Positions 40,297-51,308 of a DNA stretch of 64,000 bases are shown in pieces; position 1 is the first letter of the stretch; each line of letters starts with the position of its first letter. Under the pieces are notes generated by a model. It saw only the letters and a list, made by a program, of their open reading frames with translations. It ran no database searches and was not told the DNA's origin. A program made the position numbers and the translations under genes. The DNA is from an uncultured Nitrospiraceae bacterium (GTDB lineage: Bacteria; Nitrospirota; Thermodesulfovibrionia; Thermodesulfovibrionales; Dissulfurispiraceae): NCBI GenBank assembly GCA_963705105.1, contig CAVPIW010000006.1, positions 736,001-800,000 of the forward strand, given 5' to 3'.

Positions 40297-41466
40297 ATGA
40301 CCGCTTTCAGGGGCGGACCAGCCAGTCTCGGTGCGGTGATCCGCTCACCTTTCGGCATCGCCCTCTGGGCGGCCCTGCTCTTCCTGCCCTTCAAGGGGAT
40401 CAACGGAGCCGCAGCCATGTTCGCCGGCGTCCTGCTCGGTCTCGCCCTGATCTCCCTCTTGAGGAAATTAAAGGAACGGAGCGCCGGAACGGAGAGGACC
40501 TGCGCCGGCCGGACAACGGCCCTGTTCCGTGAGACTGTCTCGCGCGGCTCGTCCCTTTTTGCGCCGGTCGTCTTCGTCATTTTCACCTGCCTCCCCTTCG
40601 TGCTCCCTGATTATTACGTCGATGTCCTGATCTTCGCAGGCATATACGCCGTCCTCGCCCTGGGCCTCAACGTGATCGTCGGTTTTGCGGGACTCCTCAA
40701 TCTCGGCTTTGCCGCATTTTACGCTATCGGAGCCTATACGTACGCCCTTCTCAATACCAGGGCCGGCTTCGATTTCTGGCTCTGTCTGCCCCTTGCGGGC
40801 GTCTTCGCTTCTCTCGCGGGCCTGTTCCTCGCCATCCCGGCCCTGCGGCTGAAGGGTGACTACCTCGCCATCGTGACCCTTGGATTCGGAGAGATCGTGC
40901 GCCTCGTGCTGAACAACTGGGACAGCCTCACAAACGGGCCGAACGGGATTACCGGCATCGCCCGCCCATCCCTGGCGGGATTCACCTTCACCGGTCTGAC
41001 CGCCTTTTACTTCGTCGTCTTCGCCCTTGTCGTCATCTCTCTGGTCGTCATCCGGCGTGTCAAGTACTCACGAATCGGGAGGGCCTGGATCGCCATCAGG
41101 GAAAACGAGATCGCAGGGTCGACCGTCGGCATCAACACGACGAGGTACAAGCTGTATGCCTTCACTTTCGGCACCTTCTGGGCCGGCATCGCCGGCGTCC
41201 TCTTCGCTTCGAAGATGCAGTTCGTGTCGCCCGAAAGCTTCACCTTCATGGAATCCGTCCTCATTCTCAGCATGGTCATCCTCGGCCGCATCGGGAGCGC
41301 CTACGGAGCGGTCGTCGGCGCATTCATCCTCGTGATCCTCCCGGAAGTCCTCAGGGACCTCCAGCTCTACCGCATGCTCATTCTCGGCATCGGTCTCGTA
41401 CTCCTCATGGTCTTCCGGCCCCAGGGCCTCCTGGGCGCGCCAAAAGATGCATATTCTCAGCGTTAG
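40297..41466 (+). CDS. livM: Branched-chain amino acid ABC permease
   Basis: LRLKGDYLAIVTLGFGEI, FVSPESF. Confidence 0.93.
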   Translation: MTAFRGGPASLGAVIRSPFGIALWAALLFLPFKGINGAAAMFAGVLLGLALISLLRKLKERSAGTERTCAGRTTALFRETVSRGSSLFAPVVFVIFTCLPFVLPDYYVDVLIFAGIYAVLALGLNVIVGFAGLLNLGFAAFYAIGAYTYALLNTRAGFDFWLCLPLAGVFASLAGLFLAIPALRLKGDYLAIVTLGFGEIVRLVLNNWDSLTNGPNGITGIARPSLAGFTFTGLTAFYFVVFALVVISLVVIRRVKYSRIGRAWIAIRENEIAGSTVGINTTRYKLYAFTFGTFWAGIAGVLFASKMQFVSPESFTFMESVLILSMVILGRIGSAYGAVVGAFILVILPEVLRDLQLYRMLILGIGLVLLMVFRPQGLLGAPKDAYSQR

Positions 41467-42214
41467 AGGACTGTCAAAGCATTTCGGCGGCATCAGGGCC
41501 GTCGAGGACGTGACCTTCTCCGTCCAGGAAAACGCGATCCTGAGCATCATCGGGCCGAACGGCGCCGGCAAGACGACCCTCTTCAACTGCCTCACCGGCG
41601 TCACAAGGCCGACGGGAGGGACTATTCTCTTCCCGGACAGGGATATATCGAGGTGGACGGCCCACGAAATCGCCGGGGCAGGTATCGCTCGGACCTTCCA
41701 GAACATACGGCTCTTCTCGGAGATGACGGCCCTCGAAAACGTGATGGTGGCTCAGCACACGAGAATGATTTACGGCATAATCGATGCTGTTTTTCATCTG
41801 GGACGATACAGGAGCGCGGAACGCATCATCAGGGAGAAAGCCCTGGAGTACCTCCAGTTTGTCGGTCTCGATCAGTCCGCATCGGTGACGGCCCGGAACC
41901 TGCCCTACGGGAGCCAGCGAAAGCTCGAAATCGCCAGGGCTCTCGCGACGGAGCCCAAAGTTCTCCTGCTCGACGAACCGACGGCGGGCATGAACCCCAT
42001 GGAAACGACGGAGGTGATGGGGCTCATCAGGAGGATCAAGGAGCTGGGAAAGACGATCATCCTCATCGAGCACGACATGCGGCTCGTCATGGGCATATCG
42101 GAATGGATCATCGCCCTCGATCACGGTGTCAGGATCGCCGAAGGATCACCGGAGACGGTGCGGAACGATCCCCTCGTCATCGAGGCCTATCTCGGGAAGG
42201 AAGGGGTGTTCTGA
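41447..42214 (+). CDS. livG: ABC ATP-binding protein
   Basis: GPNGAGKT, RTFQNIRLF, LPYG, LLDEP. Confidence 0.95.
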   Translation: MHILSVRGLSKHFGGIRAVEDVTFSVQENAILSIIGPNGAGKTTLFNCLTGVTRPTGGTILFPDRDISRWTAHEIAGAGIARTFQNIRLFSEMTALENVMVAQHTRMIYGIIDAVFHLGRYRSAERIIREKALEYLQFVGLDQSASVTARNLPYGSQRKLEIARALATEPKVLLLDEPTAGMNPMETTEVMGLIRRIKELGKTIILIEHDMRLVMGISEWIIALDHGVRIAEGSPETVRNDPLVIEAYLGKEGVF

Positions 42215-42915
42215 TGCTCCGGCTCATCGGTCTTCATACATCATACGGCCCTATCAAGGCCCTGAGGGGGATCGACCTGAACGTCGCTCAGGGAGAGATC
42301 GTCTGCCTCATCGGCAGCAACGGCGCCGGCAAGACGACGACGCTCATGACCGTGTCGGGTATCCTGACTCCGGAATCGGGCGACGTGATCTTCGAGGGAG
42401 CATCCATCAAAGGGCTGCCTTCCCACGAAATCGTGCGCCGAGGCATCTGCCAGGTGCCCGAGGGAAGGAGGATCTTCCCGAGACTCACGGTCATGGAGAA
42501 CCTCGAGATGGGCGCCTATGTGACCAGGGGCGGAAACTTCCGGCAAGACCTGGACAGGGTCTTTGCGCTCTTCCCGGTTCTGGGGGACCGGAAAGACCAG
42601 CCCGGCGGCACGCTGAGCGGAGGGGAACAACAGATGCTCGCCCTCGGCAGGGCGCTCATGTCGAGGCCGAGACTGCTGCTCCTCGACGAGCCGTCCCTCG
42701 GCCTGGCGCCGATCATGGTGGGCAGGATCTTCAGGACGATCACCGAAATCAACAGGGAGGGGACGACGATCCTCCTCGTCGAGCAGAACGCCCGGGCGGC
42801 AATCAGCCTGTCGCGCCGGGGCTACGTCATCGAGACCGGCCTGATCAGGCTTCACGGCGACGGACAGGACCTGCTGAACAACGACGAGGTCAAGAAGGCC
42901 TATCTCGGGATATAG
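42214..42915 (+). CDS. livF: ABC ATP-binding protein
   Basis: GSNGAGKT, VPEGRRIF, LSGGEQQ; TGATG overlap with livG. Confidence 0.95.
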   Translation: MLRLIGLHTSYGPIKALRGIDLNVAQGEIVCLIGSNGAGKTTTLMTVSGILTPESGDVIFEGASIKGLPSHEIVRRGICQVPEGRRIFPRLTVMENLEMGAYVTRGGNFRQDLDRVFALFPVLGDRKDQPGGTLSGGEQQMLALGRALMSRPRLLLLDEPSLGLAPIMVGRIFRTITEINREGTTILLVEQNARAAISLSRRGYVIETGLIRLHGDGQDLLNNDEVKKAYLGI

Positions 42916-42916
42916 C

Positions 42917-43108
42917 CTATTTCTGTTCCTCCTTGCCTCCCGCCGTGAGGAAATGTATGAGGACGTCCGTGTCCTTCGGGGACAAATCGAACAATGCACA
43001 GGCCTCACCGATCAACTTTGACAGGTTTGCCCCGGGGTTTTCCTCCCGTTGCCCGGAAATCCACCTAACGGCCTTTCTCATCTGTTCGCCTTCGGGCTGA
43101 ATGCTCAC
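42917..43108 (-). CDS. Small hypothetical protein
   Basis: GAGGAGG RBS, GTG start; PEGEQMRKAVRWIS...FDLSP. Confidence 0.7.
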   Translation of the reverse strand: MSIQPEGEQMRKAVRWISGQREENPGANLSKLIGEACALFDLSPKDTDVLIHFLTAGGKEEQK

Positions 43109-43297
43109 TCTCTGTTCCTCCTCTCTATTCTTATGACCGCAATCCGCAGCCGTTTCACTTGCGCATACTATGATACCACGCAAATGATACCTCAGGTGAA
43201 GTGACTATGGTAAAATCTTTCGGCAGTCGTGAAAAATCCAATGGACAACCCCTGTTTCGCCCTCTTCTTGGGGGGTATATGGGGAAAGGAGACGAAG

Positions 43298-43759
43298 ATG
43301 AAACGTTGCACCGGTCTTACCATCCTGTTCGTTGTACTCGCATTCGCCTTGATCATGGGAGGCTGCAGCCAGAAGCAGGAAGGCCCCGCGCCGGCATCAA
43401 AGCCTGCGGCAAAGGCAGTGAACATGCAGGACGGTCAGTGGGAGATCACCTCGTCCGTCGAGATGCCGAACCTGCCTGCCGGCGCCTCAAAGCCCCACAC
43501 CTTCACCACCTGCATGAATCAGAAAGATAACGTGCCGAAGAGCGCCGAAAGGTCTGACTGCACCATGCAGGAATCGAAGATCGAGGGCGACACCGTCACG
43601 TGGACGATGGTCTGCAAGGACTCGACGAGCAAGGGGAAGATCACCTATGCAGGCGCATCCTTCGACGGCCAGATTCAGACGACGATGAAGGAGCGCGGTG
43701 AAGCCATGACGGTGAATATGACCATGAAGGGAAAACACCTCGGTCCCTGCCCGAAGTAA
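43298..43759 (+). CDS. DUF3617-like lipoprotein
   Basis: Lipobox MGGC; GQWEIT...GKHLGPC. Confidence 0.8.
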   Translation: MKRCTGLTILFVVLAFALIMGGCSQKQEGPAPASKPAAKAVNMQDGQWEITSSVEMPNLPAGASKPHTFTTCMNQKDNVPKSAERSDCTMQESKIEGDTVTWTMVCKDSTSKGKITYAGASFDGQIQTTMKERGEAMTVNMTMKGKHLGPCPK

Positions 43760-43772
43760 GGTATACGCGGGC

Positions 43773-45047
43773 TCAGGTGGATTTCTCGGCAAAGATGAGG
43801 TGATCGAATATGAGGACCGTCACGATGCCGACGACGAATCCGTTTCCGAGGACAGGGCGGAGGAGGACCGGGATCTCCTGAATGACGGTCTGCGGAAGGA
43901 GCGATACGATCGTCCCCGCGAGAAGAGAGAACCCGATGGTGAGCCCGTCTTCGAAGCGGGGCTTTCCCTTTTCAAAGGCGGCGCTCAGCCCGGCCCCGAC
44001 CTGTGAGGACAGGGTGAAGACCAGGATCCCACCGATCACCGTCTGCGGAATGGCGCCGGCGATGCCGAGAAGGACCGGAGAAAAAGAGATGATCAGCAGC
44101 ATGAGGGCCGCCGGAATGAAGGCATAGCGCGAGGCGCACCCGAGTGTGGCAATCAGGCCGGGACTCAGGGAGAAGTTGACGGGACCCACGACGCCGAGAC
44201 CGCCGGCGGCGATGTTCATCAGCCCCGTGACGGTCAGGCCGCGCGTCACGCGCCGGTGCATGTCCGGGGGATTCAGGAGGGGGACGACGGCCTGCATGGA
44301 GCCTATATCGTTGACCGACAGCGCGAGAAAGCACAGCAGAAAAGCGAGGACCGTCCCCGGTTCAAAGACGGGATCGGTCACGTGCTGAAGGAAACCGGCG
44401 AATAGCCGCACATCCGCAGGATAGAGAGTCTCCGGGGCCGGAAAGACGATGTAGTACGCGAGGCTGCCGAAAACGAGCCCCATGAGAATGATCGACGACC
44501 GCCAGAAGCCTCCGAGATATCGGTATATCATGAAGAGCGCCACAACGAAGACAACGGCAAAGGTGAAACGATCTGCGCCGCCGTCCTGAAAGGGTCCGGT
44601 GATAAGGTGGACCACCGTGGGGAGCATCGTAAAGGCGATGAGCAGGATCGTGACTGCCACGACGCGCGGAGTGAACAGCCGCTGGATAAAGTCGAAAACC
44701 CGCAGCACCGACAGACAGGCCATTACCACTCCTCCGAATGCAATGGCCGAGTAGACCGCATCGGGCGACGTCCGGCTGCCCAGCAGTCCGATGAGGAGGA
44801 CCGTCGACGGTCCCACGACAATGGGGAGACGGTGCCCTTGCATGACCTGCACCAGGAGCATCAGGCCCGTCACAAAGGCGGACTTCTGAAGATAGGCAGT
44901 CCGGAGGTCAGCCCCGGTGAAATGGATGTTCCCCGCGACGGCGCCGACGATCACGATGAAGGGGACGGAAATAACGAACCATTGCAGGCCGAAGAAGAAA
45001 AGCTCACGGGGCGGTAACCGCTCGTCGATGCCGTACCTGATCTCCAT
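43773..45047 (-). CDS. NCS2 family (xanthine/uracil) permease
   Basis: YGIDERLP, GHRLP, multi-TM. Confidence 0.88.
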   Translation of the reverse strand: MEIRYGIDERLPPRELFFFGLQWFVISVPFIVIVGAVAGNIHFTGADLRTAYLQKSAFVTGLMLLVQVMQGHRLPIVVGPSTVLLIGLLGSRTSPDAVYSAIAFGGVVMACLSVLRVFDFIQRLFTPRVVAVTILLIAFTMLPTVVHLITGPFQDGGADRFTFAVVFVVALFMIYRYLGGFWRSSIILMGLVFGSLAYYIVFPAPETLYPADVRLFAGFLQHVTDPVFEPGTVLAFLLCFLALSVNDIGSMQAVVPLLNPPDMHRRVTRGLTVTGLMNIAAGGLGVVGPVNFSLSPGLIATLGCASRYAFIPAALMLLIISFSPVLLGIAGAIPQTVIGGILVFTLSSQVGAGLSAAFEKGKPRFEDGLTIGFSLLAGTIVSLLPQTVIQEIPVLLRPVLGNGFVVGIVTVLIFDHLIFAEKST

Positions 45048-45066
45048 ACCGTTCAGCGCACCTATA

Positions 45067-45425
45067 CCTCTATCCTTGCAACAGGACACCCGGAAAGGCG
45101 GGGCGAAGATGCCACCGCAAGAAGCCATTCAGTTATTGAGCCATTAAGTCATTCGTCAGCAGTCGAAAGCCGGGACCACATTACGATTGACCAGACGGGA
45201 AGGCTGATGTGGTGAAAAGCCTTTCCTCTAAGATACCCTGTTCGTCCCCAGACCACCCTTTGCCGTGTCTACCGATACCACAAGTCCGCCAGGCAACAGG
45301 CGCTGAACACCTTGAGATGTCTCATCATCGCATTGGAAAGGCCTTTGAACCATATCTGCCTTCCCGGCGACCGTATCGCTATCAGCAATACTTTGAGGCA
45401 CTTCGTCCCGCCTTTTCATACAACG
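45067..45425. mobile_element. Composite MITE-like element
   Basis: Shares modules with 32167-32737. Confidence 0.7.
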
Positions 45426-45442
45426 TCCCGCCGGTGAGCCGG

Positions 45443-45814
45443 TCACTCGTCATCGGCGATAACTTCCTCATCCTCGGACTTCCAGGCCGGATCGACGATG
45501 CAGAGGAATATAAGGTCCGCCGTCCCTGTGTTCCTGATGCGCTGGACCGACCGCGGCGGTATATAGACGGCATGGCCCGCCCGGACAGGCGCCGACTCGT
45601 CGTCGATGTGCATGATCCCCTCACCCTGAAGGATGTAGTAGACCTCGGAAGTGTAAAGACGGTGACGATGCGTGATCTCGCCGGGCCTGACAATCGCATG
45701 GGCAAGGCTGTACCGCAGATCGAGGTCGTCTTTCAGGGGATTGAACAGCTCCCTGAGGGTCGTGTTGTCGCCGGCGACGAACTCCTCACAGGCGACAAGG
45801 TCCCGGATGAACAT
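45443..45814 (-). CDS. Cupin domain protein
   Basis: HRHRL..SEVYYILQGEG; YIPP. Confidence 0.88.
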   Translation of the reverse strand: MFIRDLVACEEFVAGDNTTLRELFNPLKDDLDLRYSLAHAIVRPGEITHRHRLYTSEVYYILQGEGIMHIDDESAPVRAGHAVYIPPRSVQRIRNTGTADLIFLCIVDPAWKSEDEEVIADDE

Positions 45815-45825
45815 CTGCCTGCGGC

Positions 45826-46323
45826 TCAGCGGACAATCTCCGCGAGAAGGGGCTGAAGGTTCCTGACCCCTTCGCTGCAGTCGCCGTCCATGGGGAAACG
45901 GCCTTTTTCATCGGCCCAGAGGATCTGGAGACCCCTGAAGCCGCCCCCCTTGTAAAAGGTCTCTGCCCTGCAGAGAACCCACGCTGCAACGTGCTGCGGC
46001 ACCTCAACGAAGGTGACCGTGAAATTCCCCGCATTCCGGAGCATGTTTTCCACGCTCCCGAGAGAGGCGCCGTCTTTGACGAGGGCCGCCGCCTCGGTGA
46101 GCACGGTATGGGAATCCTCCTGGTTGAGGCCGAAGACGACCAGTTCAGGATGATTCGACGTCTTCTCCAGACCGACCGTGTAGGCATAGGAAGGAACATC
46201 TTCAAAGGCATAGACAATGCTGTATCCCTTTTGCCGGACGGCATATTCGAGCATCTTTATCTGCGCGGCGGACAGGCCGGTACCGCCACCGCAGGACCCG
46301 CAGCTTCCGTGAGCGTCACACAT
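45826..46323 (-). CDS. DUF4262-like protein
   Basis: YAYTVGL...HPELVVFGL...QILWADEKGRFP. Confidence 0.8.
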   Translation of the reverse strand: MCDAHGSCGSCGGGTGLSAAQIKMLEYAVRQKGYSIVYAFEDVPSYAYTVGLEKTSNHPELVVFGLNQEDSHTVLTEAAALVKDGASLGSVENMLRNAGNFTVTFVEVPQHVAAWVLCRAETFYKGGGFRGLQILWADEKGRFPMDGDCSEGVRNLQPLLAEIVR

Positions 46324-46454
46324 GGTTTGTACCTCCCCGGTTCGTGAAAAGAGTGATACGTCGTACGAGTGCGGCAACCGCACCTCGCATAAGCTTCCTC
46401 TTTGTATGATACGAATCATGGACGCAGTCTGTAAATAGCCTTGCGTGACATGAG

Positions 46455-46649
46455 CCTTCCGGAAAGGCGGGGCGTATGCGCCGAAAACCTTGCTGCGGCG
46501 ACACCGTAACCCTCACAGAAGAGAACCTTTCAAGCCAAAGTTCGATCAGATAAATAGTAGAATCCCGAAAGACAAGCCTAACGAGGCTCATCGTCGCCTT
46601 CAGCAAGGCTTTGAGGCGTTTCGCCACGCCTTTCTATGCAACTGCAAGG
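46455..46649. mobile_element. MITE-like element (flanks TGAG/TAAG)
   Basis: Same module as 25229-25435. Confidence 0.75.
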
Positions 46650-46803
46650 TAAGGTTACCTGTGTGACACCAGGTAATATGGCCCCTTGTCCTCTTCTTTA
46701 ACGGGAACCGTTCAGGATGGAAGCATAAATCCCTCCGGCACGCTGATCTTCCATTACCTGCAACTTCTTGACAGTTTTTCTGCATTGCTGCTAAACTGCG
46801 ATT

Positions 46804-47085
46804 ATGAAAGCGACTCTGACTATTACCAGCCGCGGCGTGGTCACGCTGCCGGCTAAGCTCCGCCAGGCGATGGGCCTGAAGACCAATGACCAGTTGATCG
46901 CGGAGACAACCGCTGAAGGCCTGTTGCTGCGCCCTGCCGTTACCCTGCCCATAGAGATATACAGCGAAGATCGCGTCCGTGAGTTCGACGAGGCCGAGGC
47001 GGACCTGGCGCACATCCTGCGCCCTGTCACCGAGATCCCCAAAACTCCGGGGCCTCGCAAGCGAGTGGCCAAGCGCAGACGCTGA
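46804..47085 (+). CDS. AbrB/MazE family antitoxin
   Basis: ITSRGVVTLPAKLRQAMGL...GLLLRP. Confidence 0.88.
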   Translation: MKATLTITSRGVVTLPAKLRQAMGLKTNDQLIAETTAEGLLLRPAVTLPIEIYSEDRVREFDEAEADLAHILRPVTEIPKTPGPRKRVAKRRR

Positions 47086-47099
47086 GTCGGCGCGGGCTG

Positions 47100-47510
47100 A
47101 TGCGCATCTTTCTCGACGCGAACATTCTCTTTTCCGCTGCCAAGTCCGACGGAGCAGTCCGGGAATTACTCGCCCGCTTCCATGCCGCAGGACACACCCT
47201 GTGCGCTGACGCTTACGTGGTGGCCGAAGCCCGTCGCAACCTCGAAGAGAAGGGCGCCAACGCCCTTAAAGCTTTCAGGGCGTTGCTGGCACAGCTGGAA
47301 GTGGCGCCGTTCCAAGCGACCGGGTTGCCGCCCGACGCGTCAGCACTCCTGCCCGAGAAGGACCGACTGGTGCTTGCCGCTGCAATCCGTCTGGGCTGTG
47401 ATGCCCTGGTCACCGGCGACCGGACGCATTTCGGGGTACTATACGGCAAAGAGGTCGGTGGGGTAAGGATTCAATCTCCGCGTTCGCTTGCCCAAGACCT
47501 GCTCGACTGA
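47100..47510 (+). CDS. PIN domain (VapC-like) toxin
   Basis: IFLDANILFS, EKDRLVLAAA, LVTGD. Confidence 0.9.
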   Translation: MRIFLDANILFSAAKSDGAVRELLARFHAAGHTLCADAYVVAEARRNLEEKGANALKAFRALLAQLEVAPFQATGLPPDASALLPEKDRLVLAAAIRLGCDALVTGDRTHFGVLYGKEVGGVRIQSPRSLAQDLLD

Positions 47511-47676
47511 AAGTGACCTTCATTCTCTTGCCTTGACCTGCCTTCTTACAGGTTTCCAGTCGGGGGAACCCCTCAGATGCATGAAGAGGCATGGCGAAGA
47601 TTAGGAGGATCAGATTAAACCTCCCCGGCAGAAAAGAGACTAAATAATCGAGATGAATTTGAATCAGGAGGCGGAG

Positions 47677-48186
47677 ATGATGAAAAGAAAAAAGGTTTTA
47701 GCAGTGATCGGCATCATACTGGTACTCGTGGCGTTTGCAGGCGGGATCAGCGCATACGCCCATTCGAAAGGAGGCGGTCATGAGAAAGCATGGAAGGGTT
47801 TCCCACACGCTTTTTTCACAATCGTTCATGAACTGAACCTGACGGACCAGCAGAAACATGACATCGCAGTCATCCTCGACAGCGACAGGGATGTCATGAT
47901 GGACCGCGTTGACGCCATGATTGCCGCGAAGAAAGCGCATTTTGAGGCAATCCATACTCTCCAGTTCAACGAGGGTGCAGTGAGAGATTCTTCGCGGAAC
48001 CTCGCGAAAGCCGAGGAAGAGCTCTCGGTGGAGCGGGCGAGGCTTGTGAGCAGGATTCTCGGCGTGATGACACAGGAGCAGTTGTCGATCCTCGAAAAGC
48101 ACAAAACCGCGATGGGAGGAAAGATCAGTGGCAAAATCGACCTTGCGCGGTCCTTTGTCACGGCATGGATAGAACGTAACAAGTAA
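47677..48186 (+). CDS. Spy/CpxP family periplasmic protein
   Basis: Signal peptide; LNLTDQQ and MTQEQ (LTxxQ) motifs. Confidence 0.85.
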   Translation: MMKRKKVLAVIGIILVLVAFAGGISAYAHSKGGGHEKAWKGFPHAFFTIVHELNLTDQQKHDIAVILDSDRDVMMDRVDAMIAAKKAHFEAIHTLQFNEGAVRDSSRNLAKAEEELSVERARLVSRILGVMTQEQLSILEKHKTAMGGKISGKIDLARSFVTAWIERNK

Positions 48187-48301
48187 TCGATCCCCCGTGG
48201 CCGACGGTGTCGGGCCGGGATACTCCTCCATCCCGGTCCGCGCCGTTCAAGAGCATCTCACCGGAATCGAGAAGTGATGGCATCACGTCCATGCGCCCCA
48301 T

Positions 48302-49381
48302 TCACCTCTTCGGATCCACCCGGAAAAGGGCGTTTCGCGCTGCGACGCGTACGAAGTCATCAGGGTCCCTCAACGCAGCAGTGAGGACGGGGATGGCCTC
48401 CCTGGCCTCAGTCCCCATCTCTCCGAGTGCACCGGCGGAGGCCGTCCGGACCTCGCGGCTCTTGTCCTCCTTCAGTGCCCGGATCAGGTCGGGTATCGCG
48501 GTCCTGGCTGACCCGGCGAGATCCCCGAGCGCTTTCGCTGAAGCCTCCCGGACCTTGGGGCTCCCGTCCTTCCCGAGGGCCTCGGCAAGAGCGGGCACGG
48601 CTTCCTTCGCGGCCGCGCCCATGCCGGCGAGAGCCGAGGCTGCGCAGGAGCGCAGGTGCTCCTCGGGGTCATCCCGGAGGACGAGGGTCAGCGCAGGGAC
48701 GACGTCCTTCTGCGGAGGCTTCAGGCTCCCGAGACGGAGCGCGACGTCGCACCGGACCGAGGAGTTCTTTGCGTAGAGGAGCTCGAGCAAAGGCTTCTTC
48801 ATCTCCTGCGCCGGGATCTTGATCGCGCGGAAGACATCACCCGCGCGCGACCTCACGTTGAAATCCTCAGCCTGGATCCCCGCAAGAGCGACATCAAGAA
48901 GCTCGCGGTCGTTCACGTATCCGAGGAGCGCTTTGGCGGCTGCCACCCGGGCGCTGAGACGCTGGTCCTTGAGGACCGGGCGAAGGTCCCCGACGAGTTC
49001 CTTCCGGTCGACCCCGAGGTTCTCAAGAGCCCCGGCGGCGTTAATGACCACAGATCCGTAGGGATCCTTCATTGCCTCGCGGAGAGCCGGGACCGCATCT
49101 TTTGCCGCGGGACCAAGTTCCCAGAGCGCACCGGCCGCTGCCGTCCTGACGCCCCAGTCCGGGTCCCTCAAAGCCTGGGACAACACTGGAGCGGCGTCGG
49201 TCGCCCCCATCGAGCCGAGCCGCTCGGCGGCCATTCTGCGTTCCCGGGGGTCCCTTGATTTTTCCAGGACCTTCATCAGCTTCTGGGCCTCCTCGCGCTT
49301 CGACTCCGCGAGAAGAGAGCCTGAGTCGCAGAGAAGAACGGCGGCGCAGGCGAAGGCAAGCAACTTCAGCACGATGTTCAT
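48302..49381 (-). CDS. Exported HEAT/PBS-lyase repeat protein
   Basis: Signal peptide; repeated VRxxAAxALG...AVPAL. Confidence 0.88.
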   Translation of the reverse strand: MNIVLKLLAFACAAVLLCDSGSLLAESKREEAQKLMKVLEKSRDPRERRMAAERLGSMGATDAAPVLSQALRDPDWGVRTAAAGALWELGPAAKDAVPALREAMKDPYGSVVINAAGALENLGVDRKELVGDLRPVLKDQRLSARVAAAKALLGYVNDRELLDVALAGIQAEDFNVRSRAGDVFRAIKIPAQEMKKPLLELLYAKNSSVRCDVALRLGSLKPPQKDVVPALTLVLRDDPEEHLRSCAASALAGMGAAAKEAVPALAEALGKDGSPKVREASAKALGDLAGSARTAIPDLIRALKEDKSREVRTASAGALGEMGTEAREAIPVLTAALRDPDDFVRVAARNALFRVDPKR

Positions 49382-49388
49382 GTTGTTC

Positions 49389-50957
49389 TCACTTTGCTCC
49401 CTGGATCAGCTTCTTCATCTCGGTGGTCTTTGCTGCATCGAGGAGAAGCCTTTTTTTCTGTCCCGCCTTCGCACCCGACGCGAGAAGAAACTTGACGACG
49501 TCGATGTGGTTCTCCTGGACGGCGCCATACAGGACGGGCGTGCCGGCGCTATCAACGTCGTTAACATTGGCTCCGGCTTTGACAAGAATCTGAACTATCT
49601 CGATCCTCCCGTACCGGGCGGCGCTCATGAGAGGCCCGATCTTGTACTGGTTTGCCCTGTTCACGTCGGCGCCGGCGTCCACGAGAGCGCTTACCATTTC
49701 CACGTCGCCCCGGTCGACGGCCTTCATCACCATCGTCTCGCCGTAGTCGAAGCGCGTATCCTTAGCCTGCCCGCCATCGTTGGCGTTGGCCCCACCGGCG
49801 AGGAGAGCCTTCACGGACTCGGTGTGTCCGCCCTCAACGGCCTCCCAGAGAGCCGTACGCCCCATCTCGTTCCGCGTCCCGGGGTCCATGCCCGCCTTCA
49901 GAAAGAGGCCGATGGCACGGACGTCCCCGGCCTCGACGCGGTTGAAGAATGTCTCTGTGTCGAAGGTGAAGCCGAGTTTCTTCAGGTCGGCCCTGGGATC
50001 GACCGAGGAGGTCGCGCCCGCGGCAGTGCTTTTAAGCGGGGCGATTGTCTTCTCCGTCGCGACGTCGACCCTTTTCGCCCCCTTGATCAGGTCGAGCGCG
50101 CGGACCGATCGGGCGCGCTCCGCGACCTGCTGCATTGTTTCGCCGCTCTTGTTCCTGGCGGCCGGGTCAGCACCTGCCGCAAGGAGAAGCGGGATTACCT
50201 CGACACGATCGTAGGTGACCGCGTCGAAGAGGGGGGTCTTCCCCTGAGAGTCGCGCTGGTCCACGCTGGCGCCTCCCTTGAGAAGGGCAGAGACGAACCC
50301 GGTCTTCCCCTTCGAGACCGCCTCGTGGAGGGCGGACTGGCCGCTCTTGAACTTGGCATTCACGTCGGCCCCCGCAGCGATCAGGGCGTTCAGAGCGTCG
50401 GGCTTCTCCGCTTTGACGGCGAAGTAGAGCGGGGTCTGGGAATACTTGTCCCGGGCTTCCAACTCGGCCCCGGCCTGCAGGAGCGCCGCGATCATCTGCG
50501 CGTCTCCCTTTTCAGCGGCGATGTGGAGGGCCGTCTTGCCCCAGCTGCAGACCGTTTTCGCGTCTGCGCCGGCCTGAAGAAGAGATGAGACGTTCATCAG
50601 GCGCTCGCCGTCGGCGGCGGCGCAGAGGGGCGTGTCACCGTCCTTTGCCTGGACATTCACCTTTGCCCCGGCTTTCAGGAGTTGGGCGAGCATCTTGCCG
50701 TCGTCGTGTCTGGCGGCGCCGTGGAGAGCCGTGCGCCCGTTCTTGTCCACCGAGTCGACGGGCATGCCTGCCTCGAGGAAGAGGCTGACCATCTTCCTGT
50801 TGTCCATGAAGACGTAATGGAAGAACTTCTCCGTCGTGAACGGGATGTAGTCGTCGTCCAGCTTCTTTCTCGCCGTGGCCTGATCGGCCAGAGCCGGTGA
50901 GGCGATGACGATTGCGAGAAAGGCAGACAGGACGATGACGGACGCGGACTTTCTCAT
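49389..50957 (-). CDS. Exported ankyrin repeat protein
   Basis: Signal peptide; many G(R/K)T(A/P)LH...LLxAGADVN repeats. Confidence 0.92.
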   Translation of the reverse strand: MRKSASVIVLSAFLAIVIASPALADQATARKKLDDDYIPFTTEKFFHYVFMDNRKMVSLFLEAGMPVDSVDKNGRTALHGAARHDDGKMLAQLLKAGAKVNVQAKDGDTPLCAAADGERLMNVSSLLQAGADAKTVCSWGKTALHIAAEKGDAQMIAALLQAGAELEARDKYSQTPLYFAVKAEKPDALNALIAAGADVNAKFKSGQSALHEAVSKGKTGFVSALLKGGASVDQRDSQGKTPLFDAVTYDRVEVIPLLLAAGADPAARNKSGETMQQVAERARSVRALDLIKGAKRVDVATEKTIAPLKSTAAGATSSVDPRADLKKLGFTFDTETFFNRVEAGDVRAIGLFLKAGMDPGTRNEMGRTALWEAVEGGHTESVKALLAGGANANDGGQAKDTRFDYGETMVMKAVDRGDVEMVSALVDAGADVNRANQYKIGPLMSAARYGRIEIVQILVKAGANVNDVDSAGTPVLYGAVQENHIDVVKFLLASGAKAGQKKRLLLDAAKTTEMKKLIQGAK

Positions 50958-51002
50958 ATCATTCCCTTATTCTCCCCTATCAGGCCGATAGCGTGATATT
51001 AA

Positions 51003-51219
51003 CCTCACAGTTGCATGGAAAGGCGGGACGAAGCGCCTCAAATCCTTGCTGAAGGCGACATGCCCATTGTCAGCTTCGTGTTTCAGGAATCCACTCTTTG
51101 TGTCATCGACCGTTGACGTATACATCGTCTTGCCTTTCGGTGCAGGTGTCGCCGCATCAAGGTTTTCGGCGCATTCACCCCAACCCCGCCTTTCCCGGGA
51201 GTGTGTTGCAACGATAAGG
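51003..51219. mobile_element. MITE-like element, TSD TTAA
   Basis: TTAA at 50999-51002 and 51220-51223. Confidence 0.82.
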
Positions 51220-51308
51220 TTAAGCCACGAACACAAACTGTGGATGGTCAGCTCGGGGTTATGGTTCACAAAGTCACTTTCGTTGTGCTGCCTCCTGCCG
51301 TATTCCCG